Assembly (NCBI GenBank): GCA_002269645.1
Contig: NIVC01001114.1
Span: 1 to 29,101, forward strand
Direction of reading: 5' to 3'
DNA from: Macrostomum lignano
Taxonomy: Eukaryota
DNA: 29,101 nt
Shown in pieces: positions 18,939 to 29,101 of the stretch. The number at the start of each line of letters is the position of its first letter. Positions within the stretch are counted from its first letter, which is position 1. The notes under the pieces are model-generated. The model worked only from the letters and a program-made list of their open reading frames with translations. It had not been told where the DNA came from and did no database searches. Both the position numbers and the translations under genes were made by a program.

Positions 18939-19501
18939 GCCGCTTGTTGAGATGTAGTAGAGCTGTTTGTTATGCTGGTGTAGTACATAGTTGAGTTGCT
19001 ATGTGGTGCGCACGTAAGCTTCTATGTAATTAGCTACATGTACTTTAGTCGAACGTTCACGGTAATGACCTATTAATGGACTGTTATTAACGAGTATACG
19101 CCTGTTTCGGCCATAGACAATTCAATCAATGCCGCTAATATGAAGCGAGATCAAGGACTACTAAAAAAACTCAGGACGCAGAACTGAAACTTGGTAGGAT
19201 TTTTTCAAAGCCTGCCTGAAAGCATTCTCTATCGTAAAAAATTATACTAAGATACGAACGAAGCGATTTTATATGCGAATTTCAACGTTTGAATTCGTGT
19301 TGCTTGTAGGAAAGTGTACCGGTATGTATATGAGCTATATTTGTATGTATATGCATGTTTGTGAATATATCGATTGTATATTTGAACTGTTTGGAGCATG
19401 CACAAATACTTAATTTGAGTCTACATGTAACTCGTAAATATGCATTGTACTGTACAACTGATTGTACAACATGTATTAGTGTATTCCTCGCACATAGTGT
19501 T

Positions 19502-19562
19502 GTGCCCGGGTGCACTTGCACCGATGAGCAATCTCTGGCTCTCGGTCAAGTGTGCCCGGCAC
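19502..19562. other. Imperfect ~21-bp stem-loop (pre-miRNA-sized)
   Basis: GTGCCCGGGTGCACTTGCACCGA (19502-19524) pairs with TCGGTCAAGTGTGCCCGGCAC (19542-19562), with two G-U pairs and two bulges. Confidence 0.5.
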
Positions 19563-19822
19563 TGCACTCCCACCCCTCCTGGCCGCGTGCCTGCGCCAAC
19601 CCCCCTTTTCTGTTTGCGTCAGCCCCCCCATTTCTGACTGCGCTAACCCCCCCCCCCAGTTGTGTATCAGCCCTTATTCTCTGCCCCCTTTTCTTATTTC
19701 TTATTATGCGTACCCAGCCGGATTGGCTGGCCTGGCCCCTCTCTCCCCCTTTTTGTTAGCACTTGTCAATTCCCTTGTCCCTTGTCAATTGGTGATTGGC
19801 CAACAAGTTGGTTGTTGATAAT

Positions 19823-19861
19823 GCTGCCTGGCGTGAGACCCTAGGGCTTACGCCAGGCAGC
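19823..19861. other. Near-perfect 39-bp palindrome
   Basis: GCTGCCTGGCGTGAG-ACCCTAGGG-CTTACGCCAGGCAGC: 15-bp arms with one G-T mismatch around a CCCTAGGG palindrome. Confidence 0.85.
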
Positions 19862-20673
19862 CTAAATATATAGAGAATTGCTGGCGGTGGGCAGGGTGAG
19901 CGTGTGCCCGTTGACACCTGACACTAGAATCTACAGAATCAACAAACTTCAATATCGAAATCTCAATACTACTAATTGGCGAACTCGCTGCCTTGCTCAC
20001 CGCCGTGCCGATTGGAAGTCAAAGTAAGACTCGCGTCTGTGTTCATTAATCATTTGGGTCTTGAGCAAAGTGGGTACCGTACGCTCTAGGGACGGACTGA
20101 CTGCCTTACCTCGACGCGATCCCTCGCTCAGTAGCGGAGTCAGTCCGGTCAGTGGGCTGACGCCATCTCCAGGCTCGTTCGCTGCAGAACAATCTTAGGG
20201 AGCTGTTCGATCACGTGTAGCGACACAACAATAGCCAACCTGCGGATAAACCCATGCAATGCATGACGGTGCTATTCTCAACGACGCGAAATTCTCAATG
20301 ACGTACAATCAGATATACTAAAAAATGAAAACTTTCTATATACTAAAATGAAAATCTTGCTTGTTGCTTGCTTGCTTGTGCGATATTTTCTGTACAGCTT
20401 CCCCTTTCAGTTTATCTTTGTCCTGTGTCCGCGTTGACTGCCTTAGCGATATAAAATTAAATTGAATCCTAATTTTCTAAGCAAAAAACTAAGTGTTACG
20501 TTTTTGTAGTCGTTGTAGTCCCAAATTAATGGTAAAGTCAAACTCTTGCGTAGTGGGTTGTGTAGCGGAAGCACTTGGCGTATGAGGGCAGAGGACTGCC
20601 GTAAACCGTTTATTGTCGTTATCAATATGATTAATGTCAATACAAGAGTTATAGCGTTCTGGGGCACTGGCGG
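19862..20673 (-). CDS. Candidate 3' exons of an unidentified gene
   Basis: Possible exons 20500-20673, 20110-20181, 20001-20036 and 19862-19917. All are phase 1, GT-AG, with introns of 318, 73 and 83 nt. The last three join to NEPGDGVSPLTGLTPLLSEGSRRGDASLTLTSNRHGGVNGHTLTLPTASNSLYI*. No domain recognised and no start found. Confidence 0.3.
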
Positions 20674-22293
20674 CTGCAACAACGGGTCGATGTAATTGAA
20701 GTTATGAAGTCAAGCAGATGATGAAGGATGATGGTGAAGCAAAGTAGCAAGTGATGGCGCTGAGTACGGTGGTGGCAGTGAGTAGCAAGCAAGTAGGCGA
20801 GTAGTGGCGTGATTGGGCGCTAGCCCGTGGCAGTACAAGGTGGAGCACGAATGCGTAAACAAGTCTGGCCCAGACAGGCGGGCCATGGCGAGAGATAAGG
20901 AGGAACGAACGAAGGCCAGAGGGAGAGCAAGAAGGAAAGAGAGAGAAAGAGAGAGATAACCCCCAGACCGCCGCCAGGCGGTGTTAATAAAGGAGCGCAG
21001 GAGGGTTAGCATAATATATGCGGAGAGTTTTCATTGGCTGGCGGGGAAAAAGCGAGAACTGAAATTATTGATCGCACGAGACCCTACAGACATACGGAAA
21101 GATTACCATGTACGCAATGATTAGCAATTGATACAGATTCGTTGGGCGCTACTACAAGTAAACGTGAGAATACACGATTGGAGAATATTAAATGAGAAAT
21201 TGTAGTGAAATTGTAGTCCAACGGCCCTTTTGCGGGACCACCTTAAACTGACAACGTCACACTAAGAATATATCGATAAAGCTACTGTACATGTGTAAGA
21301 AAGGCAAAACATATCAAAAGATGAACATTTGTGTCTGCAGCCTCCCATAAAAAGCAATATTTTTGCACAAAAATTGAAACCTCATGCAAATTCTCAGTAG
21401 TAGACTTTTTCAGTAAAGTGGATGCAGATGCCTCTGTAACAGTGTAATTCTTAATTTCGTAGAAGCATCTGTATCGTATATCGTTACCTCACTTGCATAC
21501 CGTACTACTACTGTATTCTTTCATTTATTTTAACAATATTCCATACGTATTTTATCGCGCTTCTGTTACTGTTAAATGCCTTATTTTTTGTAGCCTCGTA
21601 TGTATTTATTCTATTGTTTGTATTTCATTCATATTGTAATTATTTCTCGTAAAGTAGTTCCATCTATGTACATGTACTGGCGTTATGATACTTGTATTCT
21701 TGCACGATATATTTTATCGATTAATTTGTACATGTACATTGCGCGTGGGGGACTTGTCTGGGTTTTGGATTAGGGGTGTTGTTGTTATCTGTTTACCTAC
21801 TAATTAAATATATGCTTACACTTGCAGTCAGCGGCCGCTCGCTCTCTCGCCCTTCCCTCCCTCGTTGCTTCGCTTCTCGCTCTACGCGAACCCCTTAATT
21901 ATAGCTATACGGCCTCCTTGCTTCAACTCTTCCGCCGCCTACCTCGGCCCAATTAATTAATCAAGTGATCCCGATCCTAGCAATTTTCTATATATCTACG
22001 AGCGTAAATCTAAGTTGTCTTAAGCAAAACTATAAGTCTAAGGGTGGAAGCGGCCTGCCGATCTGCTAAACTAAATCGTGAACTATCTAATTACCCGCTA
22101 CACAAAACCGTCTTCCCGCCTTTATTCGTCACACCTAAAATTTTCCAAAATGTTTCCCGTCCTTACTTGAATAGTCCTTGCATGGACAGCTGCCAAGTGC
22201 CAAGCCGCATAAGTCTGAAAAGCTTATGTACATGTATGGATATTGAGCCTGACAAACTGGATGTTGCTACTCAGCTGGTAAAAATTGCGCGAC

Positions 22294-24507
22294 TGATGTA
22301 ACCGCCCTTGTCGCCTGTCCGCTCCGTAGAGAGACGAACGCATGGCTAGAGGGGGCAATGACCGTAGGCTGCCTATGACCGGGCAATGACCTGACGGACC
22401 TCCAGCACCAGACTGTCCCGCCCACATGATTAGTAGCTTTGGTAGCGCTTCGTGACCAGAGGGCCAAGGACCCACATGGACCCCACCTGTAGCCAAGGTG
22501 CAATAGTTGGTCACTCGGTCATGGTATGACCGAGTGGCTGCCACCACTCTATGTGACCTGGCGCACCTGGATCTTTCTACCAGACCTCTCGAGGCTAGAG
22601 CCCCGCCTGGATTGGTTACCAGGGGATTTAGGCTAACAGGGGAGACGCATGCAGCCGAGTACAGGGACTCTGCTTGGGGCATGATCGGGAACTCTGGGCT
22701 CAATCCTGGAGGATTTCTCAGCAGGGGATCCTTTTGGCTGTGAGCGAGGCTGGCTTGCGACTTTGATTACTAAGAGTAGTATGAGGCGAACATGTACTGT
22801 CTACAGTTTAGATTGCTCAGGGCGAAGGGACGCGTTAGCATGGGGTTGCAACCTTCCTACTGCCATTCTGTGCCAAGACTCGCTAATCCCTCTACTGCAC
22901 GCACACGCGGCCCCGCAGCACGCACTCACAGGCGGGCTTTGCACGGGGAGAGGCCATTAGCTTACCCAAACTTCCTTATGCTTTGCCACCCCGGGAGAAA
23001 GGCTTAGCAAGCCATGAGTGGAATGATGGTGAAAGATTGAATAATGATGAAGTTAGTTAATAGTTAATAATTAGGCCCTTAGGCAAATAAGCAGGCAATT
23101 AGGCGGCTTCACTATTGAGTAAAATACAGCAAAAGATACGGTATCACAATTGGCTCAGCTCTCTAATCAGACAATGGAAAATAGGCAAACCCCGGATAAG
23201 CAAAGGCAATTAGAGCACAAATTAGTAGCAGGAACTTACCGGCAGCTGCACAGAGAGAGAGAGAGGCGGAGTGACCGAGGGCGGCTGTAGGCTGCAGTCA
23301 GGCAGACGGTGAAGCGGCGATGCGCTGGAGCGACGAGGCGCTGATGTAGATCAGGCGATGCTGATGATGCTGGGCGGTATCAGACCGCTGGCCGATAGGC
23401 GAGCTCACTTGGGGAGCTAAGGATAACTTGGCGGTAACAGACCGCGGACCGGCAGGGATTCGTCTTATAGACGAATGGGTCAGAACTCAATCTGACAGCA
23501 AGTCCAAAGAAGGACGAGGAGAGGAACAGAGATAAACTCAGTTGAGTATTCTCATGCCGAAATCGCTTCCTTTTATAGACCTCACAGCCGCCTCCTCAAG
23601 GTCGTTACCATGGCTCCCTCTCTCTGATTGGCTGCCGGCAGAATGACGTCAGAATGAGTCATGATGAGAAGCATGAGACCGGCATAGCAACATGAGAAAT
23701 CGGGAAATTGCGCAATCCGGAGGTGGGGTGGGGGGATAATTGGCGCAGCGGGTGGTCGCGAAAGTGTTGCGCAAGCAAACATTGAGAACAATAGGGCTGG
23801 GGTCGAGAACAAAGGAATTGGAAATCGGGGATAATTGGGGAAAACTGAGAACAATGGAAAAGTAAACATTGGAGAAAAGGTGATAATTAGGTGCGAAAAC
23901 GAGAACAAAAGAAAGAGAAAATCGGAGAAAATGTGATAATTGGTGGGGGTCGAGAGAACAAAAGAAGCAAAAACGAGAACAATAGAAGCGGAGGTGGGGT
24001 GGGTGTCACATGAGAAATTTGGGAAGGAGAACAATAGCGTGAGAAAAGGTTGCGCAAGAGAGGGGGATGAGTCATCGATGAGTCACCGAGGGGAGAAGGG
24101 GTCACACGACTTGCGTCACCGTTTGGGAGTTTGAGAGGGGATGGGGAGACGGTGAGCACACAAAGTACTGTAAGTAGACACAGGGAAAGAGGGGACAGCG
24201 CAGGAAAAGAGTGCAGAGGGAGACAAAAAAAGGAGGAGGTAGAGAAAGTACAGGAAGAATAGGGCGGGAACAGAAGAGATAGGGTAGAGGGGGAGGTACA
24301 GAAAGGGGTAGGGGCTCCGGAAAGGCAGGTGTGGCGGCAGGAGAGACGGGACCAAGGCAGCAGGAGGGTGCAGCAGAGCGGGAGTCTCCAGGCCCGGTCG
24401 GAGACCTGGCCGAGTCTCGACAGCTCTGTGCAGAGGGTGCACGGGATAGGAGGCACTTTCGAAAAAGTTCCCATGCCCTATCCCGCGACCAGAGCGTGGT
24501 TACATCA
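22294..24507 (-). repeat. 3' LTR, ~2214 bp
   Basis: Bounded by perfect 10-bp inverted termini TGATGTAACC (22294-22303) and GGTTACATCA (24498-24507), i.e. TG...CA. Preceded on the minus strand by a G-rich tract. Contains a TATA/CCAAT promoter. The second LTR and TSD are outside the window, so the boundaries are inferred. Confidence 0.7.
23543..23661 (-). promoter_or_regulatory. LTR core promoter: AP-1, CRE, CCAAT, TATA
   Basis: TGAGTCA 23655-23661, TGACGTCA 23644-23651, CCAAT (minus) 23627-23631, TATAAAA (minus) 23571-23577, Inr-like TCA near 23543. The order and orientation are correct for the element. Confidence 0.65.
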
Positions 24508-24520
24508 CACCCCCACTGCC
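24508..24520 (-). other. Polypurine tract of the retrotransposon
   Basis: Minus strand GGCAGTGGGGGTG lies immediately before the LTR terminus TGATGTAACC. Confidence 0.55.
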
Positions 24521-25112
24521 TTTTGTGACGGAACTGGTTCCGTCATCATCACTGCCCAACATGGAACCACACAGACGGGAGCGGGATCTCAACCGAACGT
24601 GAAATCACAGAATTAACAAACCGCGAGCGGGAATGGAAAAAGGCGATAAAATAGAGGGGATAGCAATAAATTCACAAAACGAGATACATAGGTTGGAGTG
24701 CAATACAGAATTTCAAAAATTTCAACTGTTGCTGTGGCTAAAGTGGGAGGGGGGAAACACAGACAGCGCAATAGTAGGGAGAAAAATAGCGAATTGTCAA
24801 CAATAAATTATCATAATTGGATAGAAGCGCAGCTGGGAAAGAGAGGAAACGGGGAAGGGTGAGGGAAGTGGGGAAAAAGAAGGGGGGAAGGGTTGCTAGC
24901 ACACAGCCAAGGGCAGAGCCTCGGGGAGAATGACGATTACACAGGGGAAAAATACTAATGCAGCGCAGTAAATTAATAAGCTAATTTCGCCGGGAGTTCA
25001 ACCGCACGGAGGCCTAGCGTCCTTGAAGGCTCGGACCCCGCTTCAGCCAGTCAGAGGGCTTCGGGGCGATCGGTTGTAGGCTGGGAGGCGCCGCGCCGTG
25101 CGCTGGCCACTG

Positions 25113-25225
25113 TATAAAAGGCGCCACTGATAACGGGAGCCGGCTGCCTGCAACCTACACGGAGTCGCAGTTTCCAACCAAGGCACTCAGCGCGATTTTC
25201 CAAACTATACAACTACTCGGTAAGT
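25113..25225 (+). promoter_or_regulatory. Candidate antisense promoter and splice donor in the element 3' region
   Basis: TATAAAAG at 25113-25120 behind GC-rich sequence. TCG|GTAAGT donor at 25219/25220, pointing toward pol. Confidence 0.35.
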
Positions 25226-25422
25226 CCCATCACCAACCTGATTTCTTTTCACCTGTACATTATGCGAGATCCACCCATTCGCCATGCCTTTCATGTCAAA
25301 CTGAGCCAATTGCAGTAGTAAAATATATCTTGTCATACGGTACAGTGCCTAAGGTGAAGTCATCGTCCTAATAATGATTCTAATCTCCACGGGGCCAGGG
25401 GCTGACCCGCAAGAGTGGCACC

Positions 25423-28400
25423 TCAGGGAGGATCCCAGTCAAGTGACCCACTGATGCTGCTGTTCCAGCAGTCCTCTGGGTCCGATGGAGGGCCCCAGTC
25501 GTAGTCGGAGTCATCTGCCTCCTGGGTCGAATCCAGCCGCCGCACCTCGTAACCCCAACGTTCTGGGCGCCTCAGGGCAGCCCGAGGGCGCAACACGGGG
25601 CCCAACGGTGGCTCATCCAGCGGTTCCTCGTTGGCTTCGAGCTCTCCCGCTGCGGGGGGCGTGGGCAGTTCGGGGCTGGCGGGCCCTGCTCTACTGGTTC
25701 CTGATCGGCGGCGGGCTCTGGGACGTCAACTGGTTGGGTTGGATGGTTTGCCGGCGGCAATGCTACTTCGGCGGGAACCGTCACCGGAGGGAGCCGGTTT
25801 CGCAGAGGCCATCTGACATACATTTCCTCTTCTTCCTCCGAATCGGAGTCGGGGAACCACTGCGGTGCTTCCGGGGCTCGAGGCGCTGGGCGAACTGGTG
25901 GTCGGCCCGGTCCGGCAGGAGACTTGCGGGCAGCTGCCTGAGGCACCTCGGGCTGATATTGGGCCGGCGCGGGACGGAGCGTATCGCGATGGGTCCGGTA
26001 TACCGCGGGCCTGCCTGGCTGGGGGTGCACCGGGGCGATGTCGAACACGGCCTGGGACGGCTGGGCCACCACCTTCCAGGGGCCGGTGAACGCCTTGTGA
26101 AACTTAGGAATCTCCCATTCTTCCAGATGAGGGTTGGCCAAGAACACAATGTCACCGATGTCCAGGCTGCGGCACTTCTGCGGTCGGCGCGCTTGGTGTT
26201 GAACTCGGGTCTCGAACTTTTCCTCGATATCTGCGCGCGCCTGATCGAGATACGCCGCCAGACGGGCCGCGTAGGCAGCATGCCCGGGAGCGGCCTCAGC
26301 TGGCTCGAGAGCGACGTCCAAGGGCAGTCGAGCCTCTTGCCCGTACGTTAAGCTGAACGCGGAATACCCCGTCATGCGGTTCAGGCTGGAACGCATCGCC
26401 AGGAGGCATGCCGGCAGCTTCTCATCCCACAAGTCGTGGTCCTGTTCCAGCTGCGCCGTCAACAGGGCCCGGATCGTGCGGTGCTGGACTTCGGCCTTCC
26501 CATTGCATTGAGGATGGTATGGCGTCGTGCGGGTTTTGCGGATACCCAGAGAGTCACAAAAGCGCTGGAAGTCCCGGGACTCAAAGTGCTGTCCCTGATC
26601 CGTGTGTATCCAGTCAGGTACTCCGAACCTCGGTATGTATTCCTGCACCAGCAGACGGATGACGGTCTTCGATGTCTGGTCCCGGGTAGGGTAAGCTTCG
26701 ACCCAGCCGGTGTAGCTGTCCGTCACCGTGAGGATACTGGTGTTCCCCTTCCTTGACTTCTGGCCTCGACCCAGGGGCCCCACAAAATCCAAGTGAATGC
26801 GAGAGAACTTCTCGCTAAGTTCAAGAGATTGCGGCGAAGCTTTGGCCCGCTTGTGCGGCTTGGACCGCAAACAGCACTCGCAGGCCGCACACATCTCGGC
26901 GATCCGTCGGTGCAGGCCGGGGCGCCAGAACCGTTGGCGAAAGCGCTCGTCCACTTTCCTTCGCCCAAAGTGCCCGGCCAGAGGATCGTCGTGCAGCAAC
27001 CGGAACACCTTCTGGTCCAAGCTTTCGGGCAACACGATTTTCTTCTTGGCCGCGACCCCCTCCACATCAATCCTTAGTACGCCCTCGTCCACACTGAGCA
27101 AGCCCCAAAAAGGGGCCACCCGGCGCACCAAGGGTGGGCACAATTCCGTCCCAGCTGGCGGGGCTTTCTCTGCACCTTCTCCTAGTCGTCGCATGATCCA
27201 GGCCAAGGCAGGGTCCTTCCTTTGCGCTTCCATGAGCTCCGCCTTGCTGAGGAGGTCCCGCTGTTCCAGCAGACGCCTCTTTGTCTCCACTCGGAAAGTT
27301 CGCAAGTCCTCGTCCAGCTCCCCTGGTGGTCGGGCGTCCTCTGGCGGTCGGCAGATGGGACAGTCCCATGCTGGTGTGCAGGCCGGCGACTGAGCGCGTC
27401 GGCGTTGGTGTGTAGCCGCCCAGGGCGGTATTCCACTTCGAAATCGTACTCAGCGAGGTGAGTAAACCAGCGAGCGATCAATCCGGTCGGCTCCTTGAAA
27501 TTTCTTAGCCACGTCAGAGAGCGGTGGTCAGTGCGGACGATGAAGCGGCGACCTAGCAGGTAATACCGGAATTGTCGCGTAAAGAACACTAGGCTGAGCA
27601 TCTCCAGTTTGGTGACACAGTGGTTACGCTCACTAGACACCAGACTTCGGCTCCCGTAGGCGATGACCCGCTCACTTCCGTCCGCTTGCCTCTGGCTGAG
27701 GACTGCACCCAGGGCATTCAAGCTCGCGTCGCAGTCGAGCACGAAGATGCCCGCCTGAGGCCCGAAATCTGGGTGGTGCAGCACCGGGCGGTAACCAAGG
27801 CGCGCTTTAACTTCTCGAATGCTTGTTCCTGCTCGGGCCCCCAGCGACCCGGGATGTCCTTCGTCCCTTTCTTAGTCAGGGCGTGCAGTGGTGCGGCCAC
27901 CTCACTGTAGTCGGGAATAAACTGCCGATAATATCCGGCCTTCCCCAAGAATTGGCGGACCTCCGTGACGCTCTGGGGCCGCGGCCAGGTGTCAATGGCA
28001 CACGTCTTGTGCGGGCAGGGTGCGACGCCCTCTCTCGAGACCACATATCCTAGAAAGGTGACCTCGGATTTGGCGAAAGCACACTTGGACGGCTTCAGCC
28101 GCAGGTTTGCTGTTCTTAATTTGTTAAAGACAAGTTGCAGGTGATTCAGGTGGGTGCTAAAATCGCGAGAATGCACGATGACATCGTCAATGTAGGCCAT
28201 TGCGATTGCGGGTTGGAGCTCGGCCAACACCAGGTTCATCAGCCGAGAGAAGGTACTTGGGGCGCCCTTCAGTCCGAACGGCATTACGTTCCATTCAAAC
28301 AGCCCCATATTGGGCACAGCGAATGCAGTGTAGGGGCGGCATTCCGGCTGGATGGGCACTTGGTGGTAACCGCTCCGCAGATCGAGGGACGTGAAGTACG

Positions 28401-29101
28401 CCGACCCGCCCAGCGAAGCCAGCAGCTCATCGATTCGAGGCAGAGGGGTTACCTCGGCCACGCTGCGCTCGTTGACCTCCCGGAAATCGATGCACACTCG
28501 TAACGATCCATCGCTTTTGGGGACCAAGACCAACGCGGAGGAGTAAGGACTCTTGGAGACCTTTACCTTGCCGGTCTCCAGCCAGCCCTGCACCTGGTGC
28601 CGCACTTCTTCCTGGTAGGCCTGAGGGAGGCGTCTTGGATGCATCTTGACGGGCTCGAGTCCGTCAACTTGATTTCGTGTGTGACGACGTCGGTGACCCG
28701 CAGGTCGTTCTCCTCCTCGCGAAGACATCGGTGTTGTCGTTGAGTAGGCGTAATAGCCGTTGCCGCTCCTGGGAGAGAGTTGACTGCCCATCTCCAGGTC
28801 TTTCATCCAGTCCGGCGGCTTCCTGGCAGCTGTTGAATCCTTTGGAGTGGCTGTGGGGCCGGGCCCGGTGTTGCCCATTGGCGTAATCCGGTTGACCAGG
28901 GCCACTTCCTTTAAGGCGCTCGCCTGCGCTACTACCGTGCCAGCGGGCAGCTGTACGGTTCTTCGGACCAGTTGATGAGGCGAACTCGGACCCACCCGTC
29001 TACGGCTTGGTCCAACGAGCGACTGACCGCGATCTCCGGGAAGGCTTCCATGTCGACTCCCTCCACCAGACAGTCGCCTTCCCAAGGTCGCCTCGCACTC
29101 T
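25423..29101 (-). CDS. pol: Gypsy pol polyprotein (post-protease linker, RT, RNase H, integrase), 5'-truncated by the window, 7 single-base frameshifts
   Basis: RT: LRVCIDFR, LDLRSGYHQV, MPFGLKGAP, YIDD, FLGY. RNase H: CDAS, LEML, VRTDHRSL, ADALSR. Integrase: HHCC zinc finger, LDFVGP..TDQG..NGKAE (DDE), GPW motif. C-terminus RPRAALRRPERWGY..DPP* ends at 25423. The frame is restored by +1 nt near 28960, 28771, 28714, 28660, 27787, 27382 and 25685. Confidence 0.93.

Larger units (their letters stand above)
22294..29101 (-). mobile_element. Ty3/gypsy LTR retrotransposon, 3' portion (continues beyond the right window edge)
   Basis: pol with RT-RNaseH-integrase order, ~0.9-kb 3' non-coding region, polypurine tract and LTR. 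Confidence 0.95.

Noticed and set aside
20091-20150. Possible self-cleaving ribozyme (stem enclosing inner hairpin)
   Set aside because: No hammerhead CUGANGA/GAAA core, and the twister consensus is not met by eye. An Infernal/Rfam scan would settle it.
22224-24616. Hydrophobic or low-complexity ORFs within the LTR (e.g. 23582-24034, 23887-24474) as env or accessory genes
   Set aside because: They follow from purine/pyrimidine strand skew and degenerate repeats. No env-like features are present, and no long ORF lies between pol and the PPT.
27380-27790. Programmed ribosomal frameshifting at the pol breaks
   Set aside because: The breaks fall inside conserved domains, lack slippery heptamers, and are too numerous.
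26408-28886. Plus-strand ORFs opposite pol
   Set aside because: Antisense shadows of GC-rich coding sequence.

Overview
Eukaryotic (animal) genomic DNA with GT-AG introns, many of 70-155 nt. The overall style suggests a free-living flatworm such as Macrostomum, but that is inference and not verified. Left to right the window holds: (1) a minus-strand type I membrane gene (CUB + C-type lectin + TM + Pro/Tyr tail with PPSY) carrying two 1-nt frameshifts; (2) three tandem two-exon genes for small secreted single-WSC-domain proteins; (3) an 8-exon, about 575-aa divergent Gs-family G-protein alpha gene on the minus strand, with GNAS-type intron positions, two large low-complexity inserts, and introns carrying a 21-nt VNTR and long microsatellites; (4) a 30-bp satellite rich in TGAGTCA; (5) a fourth WSC gene plus an internally deleted paralog of it; (6) weak candidate terminal exons of an unknown gene; (7) the 3' part of a Ty3/gypsy LTR retrotransposon (pol RT-RH-IN, PPT, 2.2-kb LTR bounded by 10-bp inverted termini), whose seven frameshifts are all repaired by adding one base and look like sequencing/assembly errors. 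The most interesting signals are the WSC-only secreted protein cluster (three of four with a predicted unpaired N-terminal Cys) next to a lectin receptor, and the enlarged Gs-like alpha subunit.
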